Positions 18,035 through 28,174 of a stretch of DNA of 44,166 nt are shown here, piece after piece (the first letter of the stretch is position 1; each line of letters opens with the position of its first letter). The stretch lies in NCBI GenBank assembly GCA_003518475.1, contig DOYO01000023.1, positions 11,071-55,236 on the forward strand, given 5' to 3'. The DNA is from Acholeplasmataceae bacterium. GTDB lineage: Bacteria > Bacillota_I > Bacilli_A > Acholeplasmatales > Acholeplasmataceae. Position numbers and translations under genes: made by a program. The notes beneath the pieces were generated by a model. That model was not told the origin of the DNA. It saw nothing but the letters and a program-made list of their open reading frames with translations, and did no database searches.

Positions 18035-19786
18035 ATGAAAAACTGGAACTTAAATGATTTATATTCAGGTTTTGATGATAGATTCTTATCAGATCTGACT
18101 AAACTTGAGGTATTGGTAGATCAATACATGCTTCATGTCCGCACCAAACCATCTGATGACATTTCCTATATTGAGGGATACTTAAAGATTCAAGAAGAAA
18201 TAACAACATTAGGCAGAACACTTTCATCTTATCCATCTTTGGTCATGTCAACTGACGTGACCAACCAGGAAGCGATGAAGCATATGGCGAACATCACCAA
18301 GATCTTTAGAAAACCAACTGCTGAAGATGTCATGTTTTCAAGATATTTGACAACTGTTGACTTAACTGCATTATCAAATAAATCTCCTCTGATCAAGCAA
18401 TATAAGTTCGGTCTTGAACTCGAACAAAAAGAAGCGAAGCATTTACTCACTGAAAAAGAAGAAATCTTATATGCAAAGATGAGAGAATTGGCATCAGGCT
18501 CATGGGGCAGACTCCAAGGTCTTACGACAGCCAATCTTCCTGTTCTCTTCAGAGGTAAGGAAATCACCTTAAGCGAGGTTAGGAACCTCGCCTATGATAA
18601 TGACCAATCCATTCGTAAAGACGCTTATGAGGCTGAATTAAAGGCTTATTTAGCGATTGAAGATCAGGTCTCTCTTGCTCTATCCAACATCAAGCGAGAA
18701 GTTGTCTTGATGAATGAATTAAGAGGTTATGAATCTCCTATTCAAAAGACATTAGATCAATCCAAGATGACAAAAGAAACATTAGACGCGATGATATCTG
18801 CAATGATGGATTTTCGTCCTCATTTTGAAAAGTATTTGAAAGCGAAAGCGAAGTATTTAGGATACCTGGGGGGCTTGCCATTTTATGAAATGTTCGCACC
18901 TGTCGGTAAGCTAGAAAAGACTTATACCTATGAAGAAGCTCAAGAAGTTGTTAAAAAAGGCTTTTACAGTTATTCCAAGCGTTTAGGGGATTTCGCGACG
19001 AAAGCATTTGATAACGAATGGGTGGATGTATATCCTAAGAAGGGCAAGAGGGGTGGAGCGTTCTGTTCCAATCAACCTCAATTGAAACAATCCAGAATCA
19101 TGACGAACTTTACAGGATCTTTATCTGATGTACTCACGCTTGCTCATGAACTGGGACACGGCTATCATGGGGAAGTCATCTCCTCCAATCAACCACTTCA
19201 TTGGTCTTATCCGATGCCTTTGGCAGAAACAGCGTCTATTTTTTGTGAAACGGTTGTCAATAACCATTTACTCTCATCTTTAACAAATCCACAAGAAAGA
19301 TTATCAGTTTTAGAAAACTCTCTACAAGGAGATACTCAAGTCATTATTGATATCCTTTCACGCTTCATCTTTGAAACGCATCTTTTTGAGAATTCTCAAG
19401 GACCAGTTTCAAAACATCAAATGAAGGACATGATGATCGAAGCTCAAAAAGAAGCATATTTAAATGGTCTTGATCATACCCTTCTTCATCCCTACATGTG
19501 GCTGAATAAGGGTCATTACTATAGCGCAGGATTAAACTTCTATAACTTCCCTTATGCATTCGGTTTACTCTTTGGAAAGGGATTATATGCACAGTATTTA
19601 AAGAATCCTTCAACCTTCTTGAAGAGTTATGATGACTTATTATCCTTAACAACGAAGACAAGCGTTGAAGAGGTTGCTAAGTCTATGGGTATTGATGTGA
19701 CGAAGAAGGAGTTCTGGTTGGAATCTCTATCAGAAGTTAAGAAAGATATCGATGAAGTTTGTTCACTCTTCCTAATTAAATCTTAA
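18035..19786 (+). CDS. pepF: M3B oligoendopeptidase F family metallopeptidase
   Basis: GKRGGAFC, TLAHELGHGYH (HEXXH), LAETASIFCE, FYNFPYAFG; TGTTATAAT promoter element upstream. Confidence 0.9.
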   Translation: MKNWNLNDLYSGFDDRFLSDLTKLEVLVDQYMLHVRTKPSDDISYIEGYLKIQEEITTLGRTLSSYPSLVMSTDVTNQEAMKHMANITKIFRKPTAEDVMFSRYLTTVDLTALSNKSPLIKQYKFGLELEQKEAKHLLTEKEEILYAKMRELASGSWGRLQGLTTANLPVLFRGKEITLSEVRNLAYDNDQSIRKDAYEAELKAYLAIEDQVSLALSNIKREVVLMNELRGYESPIQKTLDQSKMTKETLDAMISAMMDFRPHFEKYLKAKAKYLGYLGGLPFYEMFAPVGKLEKTYTYEEAQEVVKKGFYSYSKRLGDFATKAFDNEWVDVYPKKGKRGGAFCSNQPQLKQSRIMTNFTGSLSDVLTLAHELGHGYHGEVISSNQPLHWSYPMPLAETASIFCETVVNNHLLSSLTNPQERLSVLENSLQGDTQVIIDILSRFIFETHLFENSQGPVSKHQMKDMMIEAQKEAYLNGLDHTLLHPYMWLNKGHYYSAGLNFYNFPYAFGLLFGKGLYAQYLKNPSTFLKSYDDLLSLTTKTSVEEVAKSMGIDVTKKEFWLESLSEVKKDIDEVCSLFLIKS

Positions 19787-19892
19787 GGAGTTCGTAAGGA
19801 CTTCGCTTCATAATGATTTCAATATCAAATCGGTATCAAAGATACTTTTTGTATGTTATAATAAGTTTAAGTTAAACTGTGGAGGAAAAAGT

Positions 19893-20603
19893 ATGAACGA
19901 ACAACAGCTAGAAACAACCAACGAGATCAGCCTAATCGACCTTTTTAAAATACTGAGAAAAAATTTATTGCTGATTATCGCATTTACATTCGCGTTTGCA
20001 GTATTCGCGACGGTTTATGCATACGTCATCGCAGATCCAACCTATAAATCAAATGCTGATGTGATGGTGCAGGTACAGACAGATGTGGCAGTTGAAGGAG
20101 CATACGATTATACAACTGCTCAAAAATTGCTCGCAACAATCGCAGAACTGATGAAGAAAGACGTTGTCTTGATTGAAGTTATCAACGAATTAGGGCTTGA
20201 AATGACTGCAAGTCAAATCAGAAACGGTTTGACAGTCACATCTTCAACAACCAGCTATTTCATCAATATCAGTTATATTTCAGATGATGTTACGGAAACA
20301 AGAGATGTAGTCAATGGCGTGATTGATGCTGCGATTGACATCGCAAATAACAATCCAGCATTTTCAGCGATTAAAGATAAGATTACGAGAACATCCAATG
20401 CAGGTTTAGGTGTTTATGAATCACCAAATAAACCTTTATATATCGTTATCGGAATTATTCTGGGCGGTATTGTCGGTGTTGGTATCGCGTTACTCAAAGA
20501 ATTATTCAATAACACGTTCCAAACAAAGGATCAGCTGGAAAATTACTTTGGTATTCAGGTATTGGGCGTCATTCCTGAATTTGAAGTCAGGGAGGTCAAG
20601 TAA
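19893..20603 (+). CDS. Polysaccharide co-polymerase / BY-kinase modulator (Wzz/CpsC/CapA family)
   Basis: EISLIDL, TM1, PTYKSNA, proline-rich SPNKP before TM2, C-terminal VLGVIP activator tail. Confidence 0.9.
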   Translation: MNEQQLETTNEISLIDLFKILRKNLLLIIAFTFAFAVFATVYAYVIADPTYKSNADVMVQVQTDVAVEGAYDYTTAQKLLATIAELMKKDVVLIEVINELGLEMTASQIRNGLTVTSSTTSYFINISYISDDVTETRDVVNGVIDAAIDIANNNPAFSAIKDKITRTSNAGLGVYESPNKPLYIVIGIILGGIVGVGIALLKELFNNTFQTKDQLENYFGIQVLGVIPEFEVREVK

Positions 20604-21326
20604 ATGAGTAAGAAGAAGATCAATATATTCCAAATTGAAAGAAATGAACGATATGATTACCTTGTTACCAAAGAACAACCGCTTTCCTATACTTCTGAAT
20701 GTTTCCAAAAAGTTTTGATCAATATTGATTATGCCAACCTTGATAATGATATGAAAGTATTACAATTCACATCAACACTCGCAAGTGAAGGTAAATCAAC
20801 ATTCATTTCAAATTTAGCTTATCTATTGGGTCAAAAAGGTAAGAAAGTCATCTTAATCGATCTAGACTTAAGAAAACCAAAAATGAATCGAGTATTCAAC
20901 GTAACCAATCGAGAAGGTTTAACTGACTATCTATCCGGAAAAGTTCAATATGAAACTGTGGTTCGCCATTCGGAAGAAATTGGTGTTGACTTCATCGTCG
21001 GTGGAGAAAAAACAACATCTGTCGTTAATGTACTTGAAGCTAAGAAACTTAAGGAATTAATTGTACGCTTAAAAAGCGAGTATGATTATGTCTTGTTAGA
21101 TACTCCTCCAGTCATTGCTGTATCAGATGCGCTTTATGTTGCTAAACTAGCTGATGGGGTCATTTTCATCGTCGCACAAAATGTCGCGAAGAAGAGTCTT
21201 GTCAAGGAAGCAATTCAAACATTAAAACATAATAATGTGCACATTATTGGAACTATACTCACTCAAGTGGACTTGAAGAATGGTTCATATGGCTATGGTT
21301 ACGATTATAGCTATAAGTACGAATAG
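20604..21326 (+). CDS. Bacterial tyrosine kinase (CpsD/CapB family)
   Basis: Walker A EGKST, A' LIDLDLRKP, Walker B LLDTPP, C-terminal tyrosine cluster YGYGYDYSYKY. Confidence 0.93.
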   Translation: MSKKKINIFQIERNERYDYLVTKEQPLSYTSECFQKVLINIDYANLDNDMKVLQFTSTLASEGKSTFISNLAYLLGQKGKKVILIDLDLRKPKMNRVFNVTNREGLTDYLSGKVQYETVVRHSEEIGVDFIVGGEKTTSVVNVLEAKKLKELIVRLKSEYDYVLLDTPPVIAVSDALYVAKLADGVIFIVAQNVAKKSLVKEAIQTLKHNNVHIIGTILTQVDLKNGSYGYGYDYSYKYE

Positions 21327-21329
21327 GCT

Positions 21330-22019
21330 ATGATTGACATTCATTCTCACATCCTTCCAGGCGTCGATGACGGATCTCAACACATTGAATTATCGCTGGA
21401 AATGATTAAAAAAGAAGTTTTAGATGGTGTTAAAGCAGTCATTCTCACCCCTCACGTCCAATCACATGTGACGAAAGCGTCACATGAAGAAAGAAAAGCA
21501 GCTTTTGATAACTTGGTAGCAGAGGTCAAAAAACAAGGCTTGGAAATTGAATTATACTTAGGCGCTGAGATACTTTATAAGTCTCACATTCAGCCTGATT
21601 ACAGTCAAATGTCACTTGCTGGATCCAAATATTTATTGGTCGAGTTCTCGCCAACCATTGAAACTCCCATAGAAGAAGTTGTTTATGATTTATCTCATAG
21701 CGGGTTCATCCCCATTGTCGCTCATGTTGAGCGCTATGGATATCTAAAATTTGAGGATTATTTTAAGATAAAACGAGCTGGTGGTTTTCTTCAGGTCAAT
21801 GCAGATGCAGCCATCGGATTTGATAAGAAAAAGCGAGATAAACTCATTCTTCAAATGCTCAGGGAAGAACTTGTTGATTTCATAGCAACTGATACGCACA
21901 ATATGGACAATAGACAACCGATTTTGAAAGAAGCTTTTAATATTTTAAAGCATAAAATAGATATTGCTTATCTAAATGAGATATTTTATACCAATGCTTT
22001 AAAAATCATTAACAAATAA
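21330..22019 (+). CDS. PHP-family tyrosine phosphatase (CpsB/CapC)
   Basis: MIDIHSHILPGVDDG, TPH, AHVERY, ATDTH. Confidence 0.93.
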   Translation: MIDIHSHILPGVDDGSQHIELSLEMIKKEVLDGVKAVILTPHVQSHVTKASHEERKAAFDNLVAEVKKQGLEIELYLGAEILYKSHIQPDYSQMSLAGSKYLLVEFSPTIETPIEEVVYDLSHSGFIPIVAHVERYGYLKFEDYFKIKRAGGFLQVNADAAIGFDKKKRDKLILQMLREELVDFIATDTHNMDNRQPILKEAFNILKHKIDIAYLNEIFYTNALKIINK

Positions 22020-22022
22020 GAC

Positions 22023-22056
22023 AAGCATAAGTGGATTTTCACTTATGCTTTTTTTT
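22023..22056 (+). terminator. Intrinsic terminator after the CpsC/D/B trio
   Basis: AAGCATAAGTG-gatttt-CACTTATGCTT followed by a T-run. Confidence 0.85.
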
Positions 22057-22133
22057 ATCTTTCAATGCTTGAGAAAGACAACAACATTCAACTGTGTTAT
22101 AATATGAATATCAAAGATATAAGGGAGTATTTC

Positions 22134-23012
22134 ATGCAAATCGTTCAAGTGGGCAACATCTACTATTTCATCTATATATTCGCATTCTTCGCATTCACCA
22201 TACTTTCTCTTATCTTTTTACGGAATAAGAGCCAAAAATTTAGAAATAGATTCATTTTCGGATTGGCTGTATTAAATCTGTTTATCCATTTCGCTAAAAT
22301 ATTTATTTACCCATATACGACAGTTGAATATATTTGGACCAAGGTGTCCTTTGAGAATGTCTGCGCGGTATCCGCACTGACATTTCCTTTTCTGTATTTC
22401 GTTAAGAACAAGACGATTAAGGACTATATGATATTAGTTGGGATATCATCTGGAATTCTCACCTTCATCTTTCCAGTCGATGCGATGTCAGAATATTTCA
22501 ATGGAGCTATTTTAGGATATAAGGGAGCTTTCAGCATTGAAGTGATTCGCTTTTACACTTCTCACTTTTTAATTTTCTTAGTTCCATTCTTAATGATGCA
22601 ATATAAATTCCATACCGTATCCATCAAACGTGCGTACCGCGCACCTTTGATGTTGATTTTAGTGTTGGTTATCATTTATATCAATGAATTGGTCATTACC
22701 GCGCTCGGTTGGGTGCCAAGAGAACAGCTTTATAGTCCAGATTATCGAAATCCTTCATTTATTTTCGGAGTTCGGGGTGATTTAACTGGATTAGGTGCTA
22801 TACTGGGAGCGTTCGTACCGATGTTTTTAAGAGTTCATCCTGTGACAGGAGAACTATTCTACTGGCCTGTGCTTTGGTTGGCGATTCCCGCATTTATTTA
22901 TGGTTCACTATTCACGATCATCCTGATGGTCGTCTATGATGGAAAGAATACGAAGTTATATTTCCAACGAATCTTCAGAATGCATCCGAAGGAACAAAAA
23001 ATCATCGAATAA
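22134..23012 (+). CDS. YwaF/TP0381 (TMEM164-like) integral membrane protein, divergent
   Basis: Multi-TM; SFENVC (cf. PLHLC motif) and FYTSH; RBS AAGGGAG favours ATG 22134; TGTTATAAT upstream. Confidence 0.6.
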   Translation: MQIVQVGNIYYFIYIFAFFAFTILSLIFLRNKSQKFRNRFIFGLAVLNLFIHFAKIFIYPYTTVEYIWTKVSFENVCAVSALTFPFLYFVKNKTIKDYMILVGISSGILTFIFPVDAMSEYFNGAILGYKGAFSIEVIRFYTSHFLIFLVPFLMMQYKFHTVSIKRAYRAPLMLILVLVIIYINELVITALGWVPREQLYSPDYRNPSFIFGVRGDLTGLGAILGAFVPMFLRVHPVTGELFYWPVLWLAIPAFIYGSLFTIILMVVYDGKNTKLYFQRIFRMHPKEQKIIE

Positions 23013-23126
23013 TCAAAATCAAACTTAAAAGATATATATTAAAACTATCTTTTTTGTTTCACACTTCATAACAAGAACATTCAAACAACAAATCAAACAT
23101 AAAACTATAGAATGGAAGGTTGAAGC

Positions 23127-24140
23127 ATGAACACAAAACCAAAGGGTTTCACTTACACCAAGGTAGCTTATAACTACATCTCATATTTTAAGGATGGCAA
23201 ATGGGATGAAGGAACGCTCAGGGAAGATGACAAGCTCGTTATTTCAGCAACATCCACCGCACTGCATTACGGTCAGCAGTGCTTTGAAGGATTAAAGGCA
23301 TACCGGAGAAAAGATGGCGGCATCCAGCTTTTCAGAGTTGAAGACAACGCGAGAAGATTTCAAAGATCTGCGGACCGGATGGCGATGCCGATCGTTCCAG
23401 TTGAAAAATTCATTGACGCTGTTGTCAAAACGGTTAAAGCCAATGAAGCGTTCGTTCCACCTTATGGAAATCATGAATCGCTATATATCAGACCTTTCTT
23501 AATCGGAATCGGAGATAACCTAGGTCTTCGTCCAGCTCCAGAGTATATTTTTTCAGTCATCGCATCTCCTGTTGGCAATTACTTTGCCGGTGAGGCAAAA
23601 CCAGTTGATTTAATCGTTTCTGATGATGACAGAGCAGCTCCTCATGGCACAGGCGATGTCAAGGTAGGCGGGAATTACGCTGCCTCTTTGAAACCTCAAT
23701 TGATCGCGCGTAAAAACGGATACGCTGAATGCATCTTCCTAGATCCATCCACGCATACGAAGATTGAAGAAGTCGGCGCAGCCAATTTCTTCGGGATCAC
23801 CAATGATCATCAGTATGTAACGCCTAAATCTCCATCCATATTGGATTCGATAACAAACCGTTCCTTAAAATGGCTTGCTCAATACGTACTCAATCTAGAA
23901 GTTCTTGAACAAGATATCTTTATCAATCAATTGGATAAGTTCGTTGAAGCCGGTGCCTGCGGCACGGCTGCAGCCATCACGCCAATCGGATCGATCACAC
24001 ATCTGGGGGTTAAGCACACATTTCCTGCGCATGAGGAAATGGGAGAATACACAAGAAAGCTTTATAACTTATTGACAGGCATACAATTTGGAGATATTGA
24101 GGACCCTAATCATTGGATTACAAAGATATCGCTTCATTAG
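23127..24140 (+). CDS. ilvE: Branched-chain amino acid aminotransferase
   Basis: LHYGQQCFEGLKAY, LYIRPF, KVGGNYAAS (PLP lysine), EEVGAANFF, GTAA. Confidence 0.95.
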   Translation: MNTKPKGFTYTKVAYNYISYFKDGKWDEGTLREDDKLVISATSTALHYGQQCFEGLKAYRRKDGGIQLFRVEDNARRFQRSADRMAMPIVPVEKFIDAVVKTVKANEAFVPPYGNHESLYIRPFLIGIGDNLGLRPAPEYIFSVIASPVGNYFAGEAKPVDLIVSDDDRAAPHGTGDVKVGGNYAASLKPQLIARKNGYAECIFLDPSTHTKIEEVGAANFFGITNDHQYVTPKSPSILDSITNRSLKWLAQYVLNLEVLEQDIFINQLDKFVEAGACGTAAAITPIGSITHLGVKHTFPAHEEMGEYTRKLYNLLTGIQFGDIEDPNHWITKISLH

Positions 24141-24155
24141 ACCGGGGAGGGACTT

Positions 24156-25778
24156 ATGAAAGAAATCTATATAAAAATACAAGCATTTTTAAGAAAGCAT
24201 GATCATCTTTACACGATGTTCTTTGCTTTTTTCTTTATAGGAATGGTCTATTTAATCATGCTGAATCAAGATGGAAATCAACTCGCATTCAGTCATTTGA
24301 TGTACATTCCAATTGTCATCACAGGCGGTATTCTTGGAGGATGGTACGGATTAGCGATCGGCATCATCGCAGGCTTGGTTGCTGGACCGCTCATGCCATG
24401 GGACTTATCGACTGGAGAGCCTCAACGTGCCATTGACTGGATCTTTAGGATGTCCATGATGGGGGTAGTTGGTTTTTTGAGTGGATTGCTAGGTAGAGGG
24501 TATCAACAAGCAATCTCTAAGATCAACCAAATTGAAGCATATGATCAAAATACAAGACTGCACAACTTGAATTATTTAAGAACTTTAAAGATGCCTTATA
24601 AGATCAGTTATACAGTCGCAAGCGTTGAAATCAATAACTGTGAACTAATCTGTGATGTATTGGGTATTGAAGCATACGTGAGCTATATCAACAGGATTGC
24701 GAACAATCTTGAAAAGTCATTGCCCTATTGTGTTGTTGTCACTCCAATATTTCATCAACTATGGATCCTTGTTCAACAGAAAGATCTTGAATCTGAAATT
24801 CAAATCGTCATGGATGCTATCCATCAAGCGACCATCATCGATGGCAATCCGATTTTCGTGGATTACTCTGTCGGCTTCGCGACCAAGAGACATCTTCCAG
24901 GCATTGATTTATCTTCACACTTCATGCATGCGGATATCGCAGCCAAGGAAGCGAAGAAGAACTTCTTGACGCATATGACCTATAAAGATATCAAGGCGAA
25001 TATGCAGTTTGAATTCGAACTATTATCTGATTTCTCCAAATCGCTCCATAATGGAGATATCTATATGGTCTATCAGCCTAAAGTCAACTTAAGAACAAGA
25101 CAAGCAAACGGATTAGAAGCTTTGATTCGTTGGGAGCACCCAACGAAGCGCATGATTGCTCCTGATCAGTTCATTCCAGCAGTTGAGCAGACAGCAATGA
25201 TCAACGATATGACTGAAACTGTCTTCAGATGGGTTTTGGAATATCAGACAAGACTCAAAGCGAAAGGCTTGTCTGTACCAATCAGTATCAATATATCAAC
25301 CAAAAATCTATACAATCAGCAATTTTACAAACAAATGGTCTCCATCTTCAATGAGTTTCAAATCAACCCCAACCAAGTAGAACTTGAAATTACAGAAACA
25401 GTTTTGATGGAAAACCCTGATTTATGCAAGAAGATGCTAGATGAGTTTTCGAGCTTCGGGTTCAAGATTGCAGTCGATGATTTCGGCAAGGGCTACTCAT
25501 CGCTTGCCTATCTCGCGCAATTCCCAATCAATACCATTAAAATCGACAGGTTCTTCACCAAACAGATCTTAATCAATCCAACCACACAGACCATCGTGAA
25601 AGCTACCATCGATTTAGCAAAGAACTTAGGATATGAAGTCTTGATTGAAGGCATTGAAGATGTTGAAACAGCCAATCTTTTAGATAAGCTAGGATGCCAT
25701 AGCGCTCAAGGTTATCTCTTCATGAAGCCAAAAAAGGAAGAAGAGATAACTGAATATTTAAGAAAAATCTATAAATAA
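24156..25778 (+). CDS. Membrane-anchored c-di-GMP phosphodiesterase (TM sensor, degenerate GGDEF, intact EAL)
   Basis: EALIRW, SINIS, ELEITE, DDFGKGYSSL, IKID, EGIE and QGY all present; no GG(D/E)EF motif in the middle domain. Confidence 0.88.
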   Translation: MKEIYIKIQAFLRKHDHLYTMFFAFFFIGMVYLIMLNQDGNQLAFSHLMYIPIVITGGILGGWYGLAIGIIAGLVAGPLMPWDLSTGEPQRAIDWIFRMSMMGVVGFLSGLLGRGYQQAISKINQIEAYDQNTRLHNLNYLRTLKMPYKISYTVASVEINNCELICDVLGIEAYVSYINRIANNLEKSLPYCVVVTPIFHQLWILVQQKDLESEIQIVMDAIHQATIIDGNPIFVDYSVGFATKRHLPGIDLSSHFMHADIAAKEAKKNFLTHMTYKDIKANMQFEFELLSDFSKSLHNGDIYMVYQPKVNLRTRQANGLEALIRWEHPTKRMIAPDQFIPAVEQTAMINDMTETVFRWVLEYQTRLKAKGLSVPISINISTKNLYNQQFYKQMVSIFNEFQINPNQVELEITETVLMENPDLCKKMLDEFSSFGFKIAVDDFGKGYSSLAYLAQFPINTIKIDRFFTKQILINPTTQTIVKATIDLAKNLGYEVLIEGIEDVETANLLDKLGCHSAQGYLFMKPKKEEEITEYLRKIYK

Positions 25779-25784
25779 TAAATG

Positions 25785-25810
25785 AGGCGAATCTCTGTTG
25801 AGATCCGCCT
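25785..25810. terminator. Hairpin between convergent genes (possibly bidirectional terminator)
   Basis: AGGCGAATCT-ctgttg-AGATCCGCCT, with one mismatch. Confidence 0.65.
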
Positions 25811-25816
25811 ATATTT

Positions 25817-27205
25817 TTAGGTTTCAATGATGTGATATCTGTGATTGACCAATGTAAAGCTTGTTTCAAGTTCTGAAGTCTCCCACGTTGCCAGGAATAA
25901 AACAATTAATGAACTATATGGCACTGAAAACTGCACATTATCGATTAATCCATGAATTTGAGTTGCGAGATAACCAATCAAGAATAATGATTTTTCCAAG
26001 TTCAGCTTTCTAATCATGAAATTACCGATTTGATAGTAGTGAACGAATAACGCGAATAATCCATATAAACCCATCGCAGCGAGCGCTTGAATGAAAGTCG
26101 AGTGGAACATGAAGATTCTACCAGCGAATGGGAAACTGTAGATGGATATCCATCCACCTCCGAAGAGCGGGTACTCTCTAAAGATCTTCAATCCTTCTGT
26201 GTAAATATAGATGCGGTTTGATGAAAAACTATTTAAATCTGTTCCAAGCGATTGAATCAGCTCATCATACCAAAGATACAGTATTTCCCTATTCAAATAG
26301 AACAACAATGCAGTGAATGCCAAGAAGATCAATCCATGGGTAAGATGCTTCTTATTACCCTTTAATAGGAAGAATAAGAAAACACCACCTGCTACCACTG
26401 CAAATCCGACCATACCGCCTCTTGATTTGGATAAAAGGACTGCAATCACAGGGAATATCATCAAGAACCAGGTCAAATAGGTACTTGGCTTTTTGAAGAT
26501 GAAGTAAAGATAACTTGGGAATGTTAATGATATATAGAAGCACATGTCATTGATATTCGCCCATCCCAAGTTTCTATTCCATCCTTGGAAGATCCGATGA
26601 TAGAAATCCATTTCAGGATATAACAGATAGCCTTGATAAATATAGAAAAAGACTTCAGCTGTCAATAATAGATTGGCGAACAGCATGACCTTGAATAAAT
26701 AGTTCAAGTTACCCTTCATGGAGTTGCTTAGAAAAACATAAGCAAATAAATATAATACAGCTGTTATGGAAACTGGAATTGATCTGATATCAAAGGGAAT
26801 ATAAATTAAAGGTGCCAGATATGCTGTCGCTATCAAGAAGAAACCTATATAAAACTTTTTTTGTTTGAATTTTGTTTTGAACCTGATGATATGGATGAGA
26901 AAACCAGAAAAAATGAGTGTAAGTGCAGCGATTGGGAATCCCATGGACGTCAATGTATCAAAGGTCATATCTGATTTATTGATGATAAATAAGAAACTTA
27001 TCAATACTGGCAATAAATATAAGGTATTCTCAAAAAAGATTAATATGAACGTACTGATTAATATCAACAAAAAAACACCCATCATATTGTATAGATTGAA
27101 ATCGAAGGGTGGAGTTTCTTTATAAAAAGACCATGAAATCATGGTGATTGTAAAGATGATGAAGATATAGAGTCCGCTATTTAAAAATGATTCGATTCTT
27201 TTCAT
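25817..27205 (-). CDS. O-antigen ligase/polymerase-like (Wzy_C/WaaL family) membrane protein
   Basis: About 12 TMs; NIN, SKSRGG, SSNRIYIY...YPLFGGG, FHSTFIQALAAMG motifs. Confidence 0.8.
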   Translation of the reverse strand: MKRIESFLNSGLYIFIIFTITMISWSFYKETPPFDFNLYNMMGVFLLILISTFILIFFENTLYLLPVLISFLFIINKSDMTFDTLTSMGFPIAALTLIFSGFLIHIIRFKTKFKQKKFYIGFFLIATAYLAPLIYIPFDIRSIPVSITAVLYLFAYVFLSNSMKGNLNYLFKVMLFANLLLTAEVFFYIYQGYLLYPEMDFYHRIFQGWNRNLGWANINDMCFYISLTFPSYLYFIFKKPSTYLTWFLMIFPVIAVLLSKSRGGMVGFAVVAGGVFLFFLLKGNKKHLTHGLIFLAFTALLFYLNREILYLWYDELIQSLGTDLNSFSSNRIYIYTEGLKIFREYPLFGGGWISIYSFPFAGRIFMFHSTFIQALAAMGLYGLFALFVHYYQIGNFMIRKLNLEKSLFLIGYLATQIHGLIDNVQFSVPYSSLIVLFLATWETSELETSFTLVNHRYHIIET

Positions 27206-27356
27206 GAAAGCCCCCGCAGATTGTTACAATATCTATTATAAAGATGTTTGCTCGAAATGTCAAAATAATGAGAATTGTTGTGTACGATTTTTAAGGTTAA
27301 GGTTTATAATTGAAATGAATAATATTTATACATAAGGGGAAAGAAGGATTATCATC

Positions 27357-28151
27357 ATGAGTTTTTTTCAAAAGTTTTTTTTGTATTATGAGTTCAACGG
27401 GAGTTACACGAGTTATTCAGATCAATTAGGCAGTGGAGCGTTTATTGACTATAGACATTATCTTTGGATGGTTTTGATTCCTTTGCTTGCTGTGATCGGA
27501 TACCAGTTCTTTAAGAAACATCCAAAAGCTGGAAATATTACAGTAATGGTTCTTGCGGTATCGTTATTTACCTTTAGACTGGGACACCAGACTGCAAGAG
27601 CAATCCTTGGTGTCGAAACTCCATGGACGCAGGCATTTCCATTCCATATGTGCACAGTACTCACGTTCATACTTCCATTAACGATTATCTTCAAGTGGAA
27701 GAAGATTGAAACACCAGTTTACGTGCTTGCGATGATGGGTGGCATCATCACAGCACTGATGGGAGATTATTTCTCTTCACAATTCATGAACATGTATACT
27801 TTAGAGGGGATGAGCGCGCATACCTTGTTAATCCTACTTCCCATCTATCAAATATCATTAGGAAGATTTAAACTGGAATTCAAGAATTCTTTATCGGTTA
27901 TCATCGGTGTCTTGATCCTTATGGGATGGGCGACACTCGCCAATGAAGTTTTTTATGTGGGATTAGATCCTAATTATATGTATTTGAGACATAATGGTTT
28001 ACCTGGAGATTTAGGTGGAGAATACTATTTTCTAATTTATACTGCAATATTCTTCCTATTTTTTGGTTTAATCTTTGGTATACCGGAAAGTTATAGAAAG
28101 TTTAATCGAAAACCAGAGGTTAAGATTAAACAAAGCATGCAAATATCATAA
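27357..28151 (+). CDS. YwaF/TP0381 (TMEM164-like) integral membrane protein
   Basis: RHYLW, PFHMC, MSAHT, N...NYMYL motifs; multi-TM. Confidence 0.75.
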   Translation: MSFFQKFFLYYEFNGSYTSYSDQLGSGAFIDYRHYLWMVLIPLLAVIGYQFFKKHPKAGNITVMVLAVSLFTFRLGHQTARAILGVETPWTQAFPFHMCTVLTFILPLTIIFKWKKIETPVYVLAMMGGIITALMGDYFSSQFMNMYTLEGMSAHTLLILLPIYQISLGRFKLEFKNSLSVIIGVLILMGWATLANEVFYVGLDPNYMYLRHNGLPGDLGGEYYFLIYTAIFFLFFGLIFGIPESYRKFNRKPEVKIKQSMQIS

Positions 28152-28174
28152 GTATTGAATATAAATGAAGAATC

